Origin: Caecitellus pseudoparvulus
Taxonomy: Eukaryota > Protista > Bigyra: Bicosoecida
Assembly: GCA_965644315.1 (NCBI GenBank)
Contig: CBFFRQ010000068.1
Span: 868,001-932,000 of the forward strand
Direction of reading: 5' to 3'
DNA length: 64,000 bases
Shown one piece after another: positions 1 to 13,289 of this stretch (its first letter is position 1; the number at the start of each line of letters is the position of its first letter). Both the position numbers and the translations under genes were made by a program. Below the pieces are notes generated by a model. The model did not search any database. It saw only the letters and a list, made by a program, of their open reading frames with translations, and was not told where the DNA came from.

Positions 1-3000
1 ACAGCGCAGGATAGCTCCTCGTCCGTGATCTCCCCCACACGCAGCACCGAGACAGACGGGGGTCTGTATGAAGACGGCAACAGGCGCGGTGGGCTTGAGA
101 TGCCGCCAACACTGACTGCGAAGGTGTGGTCTCGGCCTACGCCAGGCACAGTAACACACTGCAGCTTCGTGTGGGGAACAGTAATGCTACAAGACACCGC
201 AGTGTACAGTGGGGTGTTCCCGGGGATAATGTACGTGACGGTAGGTGCGCCGTCTGCGTCGCTAACCACACCCGGCCCGAAGTTCGTGCCTGTCAAGACA
301 AGGGCATCTCCTCCCGGTGTCTCAGCATTTGTGAAGGACGCGTCGGCAAGTGTGAGGATGGCGGGTGCAGCATGCGAGACCAAGTGCGGAGCAGCCGTCG
401 TGAAGTCGGCCGGTTCGGCGAAGTCAGGCAAGCCTGCCGGGGACGTGAAGCGCACCCGCACAGCAAGGTCCGCGCCAACGCCCTCAACAGTGCTGCAGTT
501 CATGACTGTGTTGCCCAAGTCGCTCGCGTCCTCCAGCACTGCGCAATCCGTCGCGGTGTACTTGGAGCCGTCAGCGCCACCATACGTCACCATGGGGACT
601 GCACGAGGCGCTGACGGGTTTTGCTGGTGGAAGGACTTGGTGAAGCCGAAGTTCCTGCCAGTCAGGAGCAGAGTGCTGCCTCCGGCGGTGGGCAAGGCGT
701 TCGCCGGACCAGGCGCCGCGGCGCCATCTTGCACCTGCACTCGTGTGACTGTGACATCGTTGATGTCTGTCAAGTTGACCCGTACGTCGCAGAAAGCCTG
801 CAGGTTGGTCGGGTCGCGCACAAGAACGCTCGCTGTCAATCGCTGGGCATGTTCAAAGTCTGCGCTGGAGAAGGCCAGCACGACGAGGTTGAACCGTTCG
901 AGGACAGCGTCGTACTTCACGCCGAAGATGTCTCGCCCAGAGCTGTCCTTCGTGTTAGCCACGGCCACCAAGGAAAGCTCGCCAATGGTCCGGTTCACTT
1001 GGGTGAGGTCCTCGTCCGACACGCTGAGAGCGCCGACCAGCAGCTCCGTCGTTTCGACGCGCTCCGGAATGGAGAACGGCTGCAGTCCACAGACAGGCGC
1101 CTCGTCCACGTCTTGCACATCGACCTGAATCGTCCCTGCCGAGGACAAGCCGCCATCAGAAGCTGTCACGCTCAGCGTGAAGGTTGGGGAGGGCCCTTCG
1201 AAGTTCAAAGCGTTCGGCGCGGCATCTGCGCGCAGCTTCACAAGGTAGTGTGTGAGGGTCCCGCCTCCTGCCAAGGCAGATGCTGCATCGGGAAATGATG
1301 TCGCAGGAGCGACGGAGGTGCCGATGACTTCCAGCTCGAAGACATCGCTCTCTGGCGCAGCGAGCGTGAGGCTCAGGGGCAGCCCATCCTCGTCGGGATC
1401 ACGCCACGTCAGGTTTGCCAGTACAGAGCCTGGAGGCGTGTTCTCGTCAGGGGTGAGGGAGGCTTGCAGGCCGGCGTCCGGCACCTCTGGCATATTTGCC
1501 ACATCCACTTCTACCGTGTTGACGACAGTGACGGAGTCCTCTGCATCTGGGGGATGGTCTGTGATGAACACGTCGAGTATCACCTGAGGGGTGAGCTCGA
1601 AGTTAAGCATGGACGAGTTCACTTGCAGCTGCCCAGACTGTGGAGCCACGTCTTGGACATCTAGGAGGCGCCCACCACGGGGAGTCACATCCCGAACGCG
1701 GAAGGTGACATCATCACCGTCCGCGTCGGTGGCGACTAGGAGTGGAGAAATGGCCGCGCCAAGCAAAGAGTTTTCATCCACGGATCGGGCCACACCAGCA
1801 TTCGAAAGCACAGGTGGGCGGTTTTGGTTTGAAATGGTGACGTTGACTTGCGCGGAAATGGTGAGACCTTCACCATCGGCAACCTCCACGACTAGCGTGT
1901 GCACCTCAGACGAGGAGAGGTCTGCAAGGTCATTCACGACAACCACTTGTCCAGTAGCATCAACAGACAAGTTTGCGCTCGTGGAGCTGATCAAAGTAAA
2001 GGTAAGCGTATCTCCCGCGTCTTCATCAACAGCTGCCAGCGGGTCGCCCACTCCGACACCCGCGGTCGTCAGCTCTGCAACTGTGCGCTGGAACGTCTCA
2101 GACGGGTCCCATGTCGGGTTGTCATTTTCATCGGCAAGTTCCACGAGGATCCATACAGACCGGGTTTGGTTGCTGCCAGTGGGGTCTGTTGCAGCAGCTT
2201 CCACCCACACGAGTGGCTCCGATACGGGCTGGCCTTCGTAATTCAAGGCAGCAGTATCCAGGATCTCCAGCGACCACTCACGCACGGTGACATTGAAATA
2301 CTCCTCTACCAACACCCCCTGGCCAATGATGGTTGAGTTTGAGTTGACATCAAACGTAACGTTTTGCTGCACGTACGACGCGTTGACCGTCTCCACGAAA
2401 GAGCTTGGCAATGTCAAGCCCACTGCGCTTACGCCGCGCACGATGCCGTCGTTCGCATTGGTCGCAGGCAGGGAGAGTTGAACCGCGTCACCTTCATCGT
2501 CTGTCGCCTGTAGATACCCGAACACAGTTCCAGCTGGTGTGTGCTCACTAAGAACGACTCGGTTGCAAGCAAACTGCTTGCTGCCGCCGTACACCTCACC
2601 ATTTTGTGCTGCAGTGTACACCGGCTTGTTGTAGGTGGACCTAGTGTCAAAGTAGCACCTTCTCGCGTACGGCGAGGAGCCGCTGTTGTGCGTGGACGCA
2701 TAGTACACAAACCCTCTGCATGTCTGGGAGGCAGCGCAGTCAGCCTGGCATTGTGCTGCGTTTGCACGGTCTGACGGGAAGGGTGAGCCAAAGCGCACAT
2801 CCAGCTCTGATTCAACGCCGGGGGTCGGGAAGCTAACATCAGCGGTGCCAGACAGAGAAAAACCACCACTTGGCTCGTATCCCCAACCTGCATGCATGGC
2901 CCACGGGGTGTCCCAAGCCGTGAAGGAGGAAGAGTTGCATCTGAACAACGGCCTGTCATTGCGGTCTGTGATGTTAACCTGTACGTTCATGGTATCTTGC

Positions 3001-6000
3001 AGCGGCTCAGTGTCATCGCCATCGCGAATGCGAAGCACGAGGTCAAACTGCTGCGTGGACTCAAAGTCGATGACGTCGTTTGCGACAGCGAGCTCTGCGG
3101 TGGTCTTGATGGAAGGGATCGTGGAGTTGGCATCGTCAGGATCAGGCACAAGGATGGTTTCCTCCTTTGCTTCGATTTTGAAGGGGGCACCCAGAGCAGC
3201 GCTGCTGCCACCAGCACCAGCCAAAGCTGCGTACTGCGCAGTCGGTCCCGCCACAGAGCCAGGCGACACGCGGTTTTGGTTTCCGGAGACAATGATGACT
3301 TCAATACCTTGCTCGTCCAATGGCAGGGCGGCAACGTCTTGATCGGTGAAATCGATGGCCGTGATGACGGTGTCAGGTGGCGTGTTCTCCTGGATAGAGA
3401 AGGTGTAGGGAGGGTTGTCGTCAAGCCACTCTGGTGCCTCATTCACGTTCTGCAATCGGACGGTGACGTTCACAACTGTGACTCCGATGGGGAAGCCGTT
3501 TCCTCGCCCTCCATCATCAGTCACTTGCACTTCCAGCAGGAAGCTGGTGTCCTCTTCATAATCGAAAGCTTCATCGCCGGCACTCGACACGGTGATGGCA
3601 CCGGTGGCTGAGGCCATGTCCAGCCATGCAAGGTACTTTGCAGGATATGTTGCCAACGCGGCGTACGTCAGCGTATCGCCGTCTTCGTCTGTTACAGCTA
3701 GAGTGCCAACCGCCGAGCCTTGGGCAGAGTTCTCGATGACAGTCAGGCTTTGCGAAGCCGACACGCTGGGAGGGTCATTGGCATCGAGGACGTGGATGTT
3801 GACGAGGGCTGTCGCCTGGAACTCAGTGTCGTTGACCATGGCCAGGAGCGAGAAAGAGTTCAGGGCCGGGTTTTCGAAGTCGAGGAGGTTGGGCTTCGTC
3901 GTCACCAGCTGTGCTGTTGATCGCGTCCCCACGGTGGGAAGGGACTGCACGTCAAACTGATCAACAGCGTCGGTGATGATGACGGACCATGCCAGGTCGT
4001 CACCGTCTTGGTCTGTGCCATTCAGTGGCCAAATGGCCAAAGGTGCTCCGACTATGCCGTTCTCATACACATATGCATCTTGCGGCGACAGCTCCGGCGG
4101 GTCATTCTTGTTGATGATGTTGATGCGAACAACCCGGGTCACGTTCAGGGGCGGGTAGCCATCATCCAGAGCCATGATTGTGACGTTGTACTCTGCCTGC
4201 TCCTCAAAATCAGGGGGGTTACGCACCCGGAATTGACCAGAGCATGCACCAATGGAGAACGTGTTGTGGTCGTTGCCTGCCACAATGGAAAACAGCACTA
4301 GTTGGCCGTCATCTTCGTCAGAGCCTTCGATAGGAGTGCCCACCTTTGTGTTCACTGGAGCTTCTTCAATGATGGACCGCACTGGGTTGTCCTCCAGAAC
4401 GGGGTGGTCGTTGATGTCCCGCACTTGGAAGTAGGGCAGAGCCAAGGAGCTCAGCCTGCCGTCGCTGACCTCTACCCCTGCGGCCAGGAAAGCCGTGGAC
4501 ACAGACAGGTCATCAGTGCGATTGCGGTAGAGTTCGCGCAGGTACTCGTAGTTCAAGAACGTCGGGTCTGCCACATACACCTCCCCAGTGGAAGCATTGA
4601 CCGCCAGGACGTTTCCGACGTTGCCCGAAATGATCGTGAAAGACAGTCCACAGGTTGCCAGGTCTGGGCAGTCTCCGTCTTGGGCATTCAAATCCGCGAC
4701 CACGGTGCCAAACGGCAAGTTCTCGTCAATCACCGTGAACGGACCGGAAGCACGGGGAGGCTCTTCGATATTCAGCAGCTCCACATTGGCTGTCACGACG
4801 TCCACAGCGGATGCCTGAGATGCCCATGCCTTCATGTGCATGGTTGCCACCACTGCATCGACGCGCTGGTCCCACCCCCAACCATGGTTGATCCAGACGA
4901 CACGCTGGGGTGAATGGCTGGAGCCGATGCGCCTCGATGCCGCCCACATGCGGGTGTGGGTCTCGTTGTAGGCGTACGCAACTCCACCGTAGTTCACATA
5001 ACTGTAGTAGCCACACATCTGGGGTGTCGTTCCTTTCATGTCAAAGCGGAAGCCTTGGCCTGCACCGGTGTTTACCTGCGCAAGCACTTGCACCTGCCCA
5101 GGCAATCGGCCCAAGTCATGCCTCACCTCCGCATGGGCGAGGGAGTGTGAGTGTAAGTCAAATGGCGGGTGCTCGTAGCTCGGTGGGTTTACGTCATCAT
5201 CCGCCCGCCATGCCTGGACACGCAGTGCCACAGTCAGCGTCTCGGATGGCATCGCCTGCCCTCCCCATGCATCCCCAGTGCGCAGAGCGTAGCCAACTCC
5301 TACTCGAGTTGTGGGTAAGTGAGTGCGCACCATGTAGTCGTTGTATGCGTACACGACAGCGCCATGCCGGTACTCCAAGTTGCCGTTGTCGACTTGAGCA
5401 CTGCCGACAGCTTCGAAGACGAAGCCCGCGTTCCACCCGTCAAGGAACTTAGCCAGCACTCGCACGCGCCCAGGAAGCTCGCCAAGGTTGTGCCACACAA
5501 CTTGGTAGGAGCCTCGGTCCTTGTGAGCGTACGCTGTGAACCAGCCTGAGTCGAAATCTGGCGGAATCTCGGGCGCCGCGGTCACTTTGACTTCCACCAT
5601 GTGGGAACGCTGCTCCCACGCTTCCCGCGTGACGACGCCACCTTCATAGATGCCTCCCCAGCCTTGGCCAGTGTTCCAAGCTGAACCAATGCCAGACCGC
5701 TTGTGGACGGTCGGCGCCCACAAGCGGACACCTTCGCGACCCCACCCAAAGTGCACCCCGCCATACCTGAAGAGGTAGTGAGCATCGTGCACAAACACGC
5801 CCGGTGTGCCATGCATGATGAAGCCCTTGTTGGGGCCATCCACTGCCCGCACTTGAACAGTGACGCGCAAGGAGGCGGGGTCTTGGTCAACCAAGTGGGG
5901 GATTTCAGTGAATGAAAGCTGCCCGGCTTGGGAACCAAACTTTACCCACCCACTGTCGTACAAGGCGCGTTCACCCGCGACCTGCACTTGGAAGGTTTGC

Positions 6001-9000
6001 GAAGTTTCAAAGTCCAGGCGCTCAGACTTGTGCACGACGATGCTGCCAGTGGCGCCGTCCACGACAAAGGGTGCATCTGAGGCCGCGTTCACGACGTAGA
6101 AGCCACCCACACGGGCGCCAGGCTCCAAGGCAAGGGGGACGTTCGCTTCAGACAGAGGGGCCGAGTTCTCGGGAAGTGTAACGTTCTGTTCACGGCACGT
6201 GAACAAGGTGGATGTCCGGGCCACCTCGCCTGATGAGGCGCTCTGCACTGAGGAAGTGATGAAGGATGCTGCAGACGTCTCGTTGCTGTCGGGCCGCCGC
6301 TTGCCGATGGCAGACCAGGAAATGGACCCGCCGATCTCCCCGGTTGCGTCCAGATCACCGACTGGTGCCGCAGAGGACTCTAGCGCCCCCAAACCTCTGA
6401 TGCCCACCTTCTGAAGAGCACCTTCCAGAATCGTCGTGTTCACGGGCGACAGCAAGTCCACGCTGACATGGTCATACCAATCGTGGTACGAAAACCAGTT
6501 GTAAATGCCCACTGTCCCGTTCAGAATGGCATCAGAATCCATGTCCCAGTAGTCCACGAAGACTCGGTTCTCGATCTTCACAACGATGTGCCGGCCACGA
6601 ACTGTGACTTGCCATGGGGCCCAGATTCGCAAAGGAGGAAGGCTGATCTCAGCGTCACTCAAATGAACAAGGCAATTCGTCGGATTGCCAGCGACCATTT
6701 TGTAGAAGCACACGTAGCTGCCTCCGCCCAAGTCTAACTGGGCGTAAACGCGGTAGTATGTATCGTTTGACGCAACACGGAACGTGACGCTGCCGTGCCT
6801 CTCATGTGTGTACATCCACGTGTTGAACTGGTAGTCACGCCAGGAGCTCATAGCGACGGGGTCCGCATAGTAGGCATGAACCCCACCCCACCTTTGGGGA
6901 TTTGAGCCTTGAGAAGCGCTGTTTCGACTGCGCTCTGTGGACCAACCAATGCCTGCAACATCTGAGTGCAAAGGAGAGCCCCATGCGCGGCCCACTTGGT
7001 GAAGCCTGCTGTGCTCAATGAAGAACTTGCCTGACACGCTCTCTGTGCGGACGCCTTCGTGGTTCTGCACCCACTTCGCACCCAGCTCAGCCTCCGCCTC
7101 CCTGCAGCACATGACATACGTATCTTGGTACGTGCTGAAGAAAGCGTCATTGTTAGTCTGAGATGGCTCCACATTCTCGAAGAAGTCGCACGCCTCTTGG
7201 TTTGTGTGGCCGCGCCCAATGGCCATCCACGTGTCCCGGCCTGCCAGAGCCAAGTATGCTCGCCCATCCCGAGACTTGCCGTTGAATCGCAGCCAGCCGT
7301 AGGGGTGTCCGCTGTACCATTTTCCCGTGCACACCTCCTCGGCAGGGCACAGCTGGGCCTTCTGCTGCGCACAAGTCTCACGAGCCATGTCCCATGTGGA
7401 GAAGGGGTGGTGCTGAAAGTAACCAAGCCCAGGCGCTGCGATCACGGTCCGGCGAAGCGTGTCATGGTAGTAGCGTGTGACGAAGTTCTCCAAGTACACC
7501 TGCTGTCGCAAGGGTCTCATGTTCTGGGCAGCGATCATGACAGTCTCGCCTTCAGCAACAGAGTCGATGAACGCCGCGAATGTCTCCGCATGTCCAGGGC
7601 CGCTCATGGGGAACTGCTGCACTGACGACACCACGGCATTCTCCTGGTCAACAACTGCCACTTTCAGTCCAGAGAATGTTGGGTCATACACCCCTGACGG
7701 CTCCAAGGCTTGGCCATTGACCAACAGCTTCGCATAAGTGGACGCGATGCTCTGGACAAACACACGCCTGACGCGAATGGCATCCGTGTTACCAGCATCT
7801 GCATGACCGCCAAACCTGAACCGAACATACCGGGCTAGAACTGGGGTAAGTTCGGTTGCAAACAACTCCTCACGGACAATGTCAGAGCCATCGGCAGCTG
7901 CCAGAGTCGCAAACGGCGTCCAAGGCCCAGATGATCCCAGGCTATGTTCAACCTCCAATGTCTCGCCAGGCAAGGCAACAGCCAAGTCAAACCTGGCCCC
8001 CACTTGTGTGAACGACTGCGGTGACCCCAAGTCGATTACTAAGGACTGCTCAGATTGCCCCGTGCCAGGCGAAAAGGTCCACCCAGCCAGATCATCGGGG
8101 GGCTGGACAAAGCCAAGCAGGTGCCCTTCTGCAGCTCCCGGCGTAGGCGACGAATCAGAAGCTTGGAAGCTGGAGGAGGCACTGACCGAGGCAAGCATGC
8201 TGATTTGGTTGATGCTCTGTTCCTGGGGCATGGGGAACTCCACCACGTAGCCTCGCACTGAGTTTGGACAAGAGTTCTGGCAGCGCCCCATCCTGCCCAG
8301 CCGCGTGGAGCCAGAAGCGTCACACGCATCAGGGTGCAGCTGGAGGTACCCAGTCGTGCCCGTTGGGCTGGGATCTGAGGCCCAGTTGAGGAAGGTAACC
8401 TGCTCAACCAGTTTCGCATCCCCATCAGTTGTCTGCCACTCACCAGCGCCGGCATTCCAGCGCCCGGAGATCCAAGCCCGTTCACAGCCTGTCAAGATGT
8501 TGACGCAAGCGAGTTCATCTGCGTCAGAAATGACACTGAGGCGGCCTTGCGCTCCGTTGAACACCTTCTTGCGAGCTTCGATGCTGGCTCGCTCATACGT
8601 GATCTCCGGGGAGTACACGAACTGATACATCTTGCCAGAAGCGGGGCAGAAACGTGGAGTCCGCACATCTTCTCGACTCTCAACGACCTTGATGTCAGAC
8701 ACCGTAAACGCTGCTGTGTGCCCGGTATTTGCCATGGCTCGGAACACCAGTGGCTTGTCGTGGTGTTGCAGCTCTTGGGTCTCAAGCACCTCGTTGTCGG
8801 GGATGATTCGCGAGCGGTTGAGCATAAGCACGTTGTTCTCATACACCTGCACCTGGTCCTCAGTCACAAAGCATTGCACCTGTGCAGAATGACCCGCAGA
8901 AGTCATGACAGACTCAGCAACCACGGTGCTTTCGGAAGACGCCAATGCCTGCACTTGAGCCAAGGTCAGGGGCACTGGGTACGCCTGGAAGTTCCGAATG

Positions 9001-12000
9001 GAGTTGTGCTGTGAGTTGCTTTGGCAGCGCCCAAACCCGAAGGTTCGGGGGCCTGCGTTCACAATGTTCGGGTGGAACATGTCGCGGCCGCTCAAGCTGG
9101 TAGCACACACGCTGCGGCCGTTATAGTAGACCTGCAACAAGCCGGGGCGCAGGACGATGGTAATGTGGGTCCAAACTCCCAGTTCCAGCTCTTCTGCGGG
9201 ATCGCAGCCATTGTTCCAGTGCAGTTCTTCAGCCTTGCGAACGTGCACGTTGGATCGATACGGCCTCACCCAGACTGCGGGCTGGCGATCGCGCCCACCC
9301 GAAACCTCCCCTAGGTCTGTCTCAGTATAGCTTGCCGAGCAGCCCCGGAAGAAAATGCCACCCCAGTACCACGTTGTCTCGGTAATTTTGAACCAGAACG
9401 CGTATGACATGCCACCCGTGTGCCAGTCCTGGACTCGCTGCAGATTCCACGTCCTGTCTGTAGCAAGAGTGAACTCTTTGGAAGGCACCGGGTCATCTGT
9501 TTCATACTCATCGAAGTCTGAGGGAGGGCGCTGCGCGGAGTCGGTTCGGAACAGGTACAGCCACTTGTCCTCATCATTGTTGTACTGCAAGCGGACTTCG
9601 TCGGAGCACATGTGCAGGGAGGGCACAGTCGCCTGTGAGCCGTTCGTAGAAGCGCCCAGCTGAACGGTAAAGCTTGCGTGGTACTCCCGGGCATACTTCT
9701 CTGCGGTTTGTGCAGTGGCTGTGACACGGGCATCGCCAGACATGATGCCTCGCACATCTGGCACGATGTCGATGCCGGCATCCACTGTGCCGGAAAACTG
9801 CAGCTCATTGCTGGAGCCAGTTGCTGCAACTGCCACCTGCAGGCCACCGCTGGGGGCAGCTTGAGTTTCCCACGACGCTTGATTCGGGGAGGAGTCCGAT
9901 GTGACGTCAAGAATGCGAGAAGCGCCACCGCGAGACGTGGCAGTCAGCGACGGGCAGGACCTGGGCTCTTCACCAATGCCGGCGTTCAGGAGCATGACGT
10001 CATCGACGAACACTTCGGCGGACTGCTGAGGAGCAATGGTTGCGAGCACAATGGTGACGCCCGTTGGCAGCCTGGCCCCGAAGCCATACTTCTTCCCGAA
10101 GATGCCCTGCATGGTAAAGGACTTCTTGGACCACTCGTCAACTGGAGAATATGTCAACTCGTCACACAGCCCAAGCTCTTGCGCACCATTCACGCAGATG
10201 CGCACGAACTTGCGGTGAGCAGGGTTCTCAGAGGCCTGGATGTCATCACACCCTTCGTTCATGATGAAGCATGGGTGGTTGGGACGAATGTTGGCGAGGC
10301 CGTCATCCGCAACGAGAATCCAAAGGGGGACGCCCATGTAGAAGGGCTCTCGACGAACGCGCACGGAGAAGGTGAAGAGCGTGGTGCTGTTGATGTTCAG
10401 GCCACTCACCGTGCGCCGGCCGTACGGGAAGCTCGCATCAAGCAGCTCGCCACGCTTCTGGCGCAGCAACGCGGGAAAGGTGGCATCATTAGAGGGAGCA
10501 AGCCAGCCTTGTTCTTCCAGGCTGGAGTCATCACTGGGCAACCGGGCGAGAAAGTTGGCGTTTTGCACCACCCGCTGGTAGCGCAGGGGGTGCTCAGAAA
10601 CACCACTGGCATCGGTCATGTACGCCCCCCACTTGTGCGCAAGGTACAGCTCAACATTCATGCGCTCTGCGTTCGTCAGCACCCTGCGATACATGAGGAT
10701 CTCCCCCACCTGTCCGCTCGTGTAGCCTTGGTCGTAGTAGCCGTACGAGCCCATGCTCAGCACTCCGATGTCACGGTATGCGTTGATGTCTCCGTTGATG
10801 TAGGAGCCCACAGATACCCCACCCACCCACGCACGGTTGAGGTTGGCATCGGCCTCCAGGCATGCGACACCCCAGTAGTACGCATAGTCACGCGAGTCCA
10901 GCGAGTAATCGTTGGTGCGGTGATTTCCGGGCCAACGGTTAAAATTGTACACTCCCCTGTAGTTGCCAGAGTACACCCCGATGATGAAACTATGCAGAGA
11001 GCTCTGAAGAAGCCTGTTAAACGAGCCGCCATCTGGAGTGCGGCTGTCCACGACACACATGGTGAAGGGGCGCAGGGGTTCCACCGACTCACTTTGCCAG
11101 CGCATGCCACCATCGGGTGGGGTGTTGCGCACAGCTGGCATACCGACCTCCGCAGCGTGGGTTGCTGCCTCCCACTGCCAGTTGCCGTTGCTGAACCTGT
11201 CCGGGTCGTGGTCCAACACAAGGGTTGGTCGGGCGGTGCCAGATGAAGAGCCTTGGAAGGCAGCCAGCGACTGCCCGGCCCATGTATCAATGCGGGCACC
11301 GTCAACACTCAGAGGCAAGCCCGCATCTGCCTTCATCCACATCGCTGGCCCTGGTGGGATACCAGGGCAGTGCCTGGTGATTTGCAGGTCAGTCGCGAAC
11401 AGCCGGCCTCGCGTGTGGCCGACACCCTGAAGGGAGAAGGCCAGCGCCCGCACGGGGACAGTCGAGGTCAGGTCCAAGTGGACGTACTGCCAAACGCCTC
11501 GTTGTGAAGGAAGGGATGCCATCCCCATGCTGGACGTGATGACTGTGCCAGATGCGTCCAGGAGCTCCGCCCGCACCACGTCAGTGTTGGAGGCATCCCA
11601 CGCTGTCTCAACGAAGAGGTATGCAGAAACTCGGTAAGTTTCTGACGAGGAGCCGGAAGGCCACAGCGTTTCATTCCACAGCGCGTGGACACGTGGGAGA
11701 AATGTGCGCCTCTCCCACACAGTGTACTGGGCAGTTCCCGAGCTTTGGGTGGCCACTGACCCGAGAGCCAGCACGTGCCCTGTGTTGCCAGGCTCGTTCC
11801 CGCCCAGCCCTGTTGACGCCCATGTCACGATTGCCGCGCGGTTGGCAGGCCCGACACGAGTGGGGGGCATGCCACCGCGGAAAACACCGTTGCCCAGGAA
11901 AGCTGGGCAGCCAGTTAGGGTGGCGGCGTGCTCGTCGATCGTGATACGAACTCCGAATTCACCGCCAGATTTGAAGTCAGGCGCCACATCCCACGTAGAC

Positions 12001-13289
12001 GCAAGGCCATTTGACCCTCGGTACTCCTGCCACCCCCAAGCACTCGCAGCTGCGACGCCTGCCTCAAAGTCTTCTGAAAAGAGCACCTCACCGCGCTCAC
12101 AGGAGTCGGAGGAGATGAGATCTTCGCCGTTGCGGCACACCCAGTTGGGCTCCACAACACAGGAAGAGGAGCACCCGTCTCCATCGTCAGCGTTGCCATC
12201 GTCGCACGCCTCCCCACCAGTGCGGACGCCGTCACCACAGATGACGCGGCGGTCGGTGTCCACTGGGACTCGGCAGGCAGTGGAGCGGCAGCGCAGCCCT
12301 CGTGGCGAGCAGGGCGGCCCGGCTGGGTCTGTCACGTGCCGTGCGTTGCCAGACTGGTCCAGGACTTCCCAGCTGGCGTCCACTTCTTCCCAGTCAAGCT
12401 CCAGCTCCAAGCCCGCAGGGATGGGGGAGTCAGGGAGGTCATCGTCAAACATGGAGTCCCGGATGTCTTGCACGGTGCGAGCGATACTCCAGAATCGGGT
12501 GGTGTCCACGATGAAGGCGGCACTGTCAATGGCGTACTGCTCCAGGTTTCCGCCAATCACATGCTCACAGCGCGGGCTGGAGGACGGCACTGGCATCTGG
12601 CCGACGCTCTTCAGCAAGCCGTCCACGTACAGGCGCCCTTCCGTGCGGGCTGACTCGTACACGGCAGTCAGGAATACCCACCGGGCTTGTGGGAAGGATT
12701 CCGCAGCTGTCAGGCACACTTCATCAGTGCCCCCGTTTCCAGAGTTGTCGATGCACATGCGCAAGCGCGGGTTCTGCAGGCGCCGGGGCGGGCGGCGTGG
12801 TGGGAGTGAGGCGCGGAAAAAGGCGAGCCACAACTCCTGCTGAGTCTGCTCGACGCCACTCACCTCAGCGCCAAAGAGCCCAATGTGGATGCGTGGTGCG
12901 TTGCCAGCAGGGTTCCCCAGGTCGATCATCACGCTCTGCGGGGTGGTGGGGACCAGGGTGCTGGCTCGTCTCATGCGAGGAGGTGCATGAACTGGCGTTG
13001 CTGTGCGCACCTGTTCGAAGTCTGACGTGTGCGCTTCAGTCAGGAAGACCCACGCCTGCGGGAATCAGGAAGAGGTGCAACTAGTGAAGGAGCATGCCGG
13101 CCGAAAGGCGTCAGAAGCTGTACCCACTTCGATGGTGAAGTCGGGGCCGAGAGGGACCGGTGGCACTGACACGCGATCAGCACCACCACCGACAAAGAGT
13201 GCTGTGCCTGGATCTGCCGCGATGTGCAGCGGGAAGGCCAGCAGAAAGAGCATAGTGCACGCAATAATCCGTGCTGAGCGTGGATTCAT
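1..13289 (-). CDS. Giant cadherin/TIG cell-surface protein, paralog A (3'-partial, >4,350 aa). Proposed exons 13289-13128, 13055-13011, 12935-12864, 12773-<1
   Basis: ACC-ATG at 13289 starts a signal peptide (MNPRSARIIACTMLFLLAFPLHIAA). Three GT-AG introns (72, 75, 90 nt) follow, then one minus frame stays open to base 1; no ORF in the track uses that frame, consistent with no stop before the edge. Hand translation shows LamG-like, CGDG..EACDDGN Cys repeat, C-type-lectin-like (~8240-8650), F5/8C-like (~7750-8200), 11 cadherin repeats (PEN, DxD, LDFE, DxNDxP motifs; ~770-6195), PAN-like (~2560-2945) and IPT/TIG repeats (GG..L.LTGxNFG; 1-770). Confidence 0.9.
4830..5960 (-). repeat. Same triple protein repeat inserted in cadherin repeat 1 of paralog A
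   Basis: Translation gives YDSGWV..VRAVDGPNKGFI..YGGVHFGW..VRLWAP; PDFDSGWF..HNLGELPGRVRV..DGWNAGFVF..VYAYN; and HDLGRLPGQVQV..YGGVAYAYN..RMWA. Confidence 0.78.

Noticed and set aside
25-12843. Plus-strand ORFs of 200-520 aa (e.g. 25..1128, 9678..11246, 11704..12843)
   Set aside because: Antisense shadows of the giant minus-strand cadherin; no motifs, and expected in GC-rich coding DNA.
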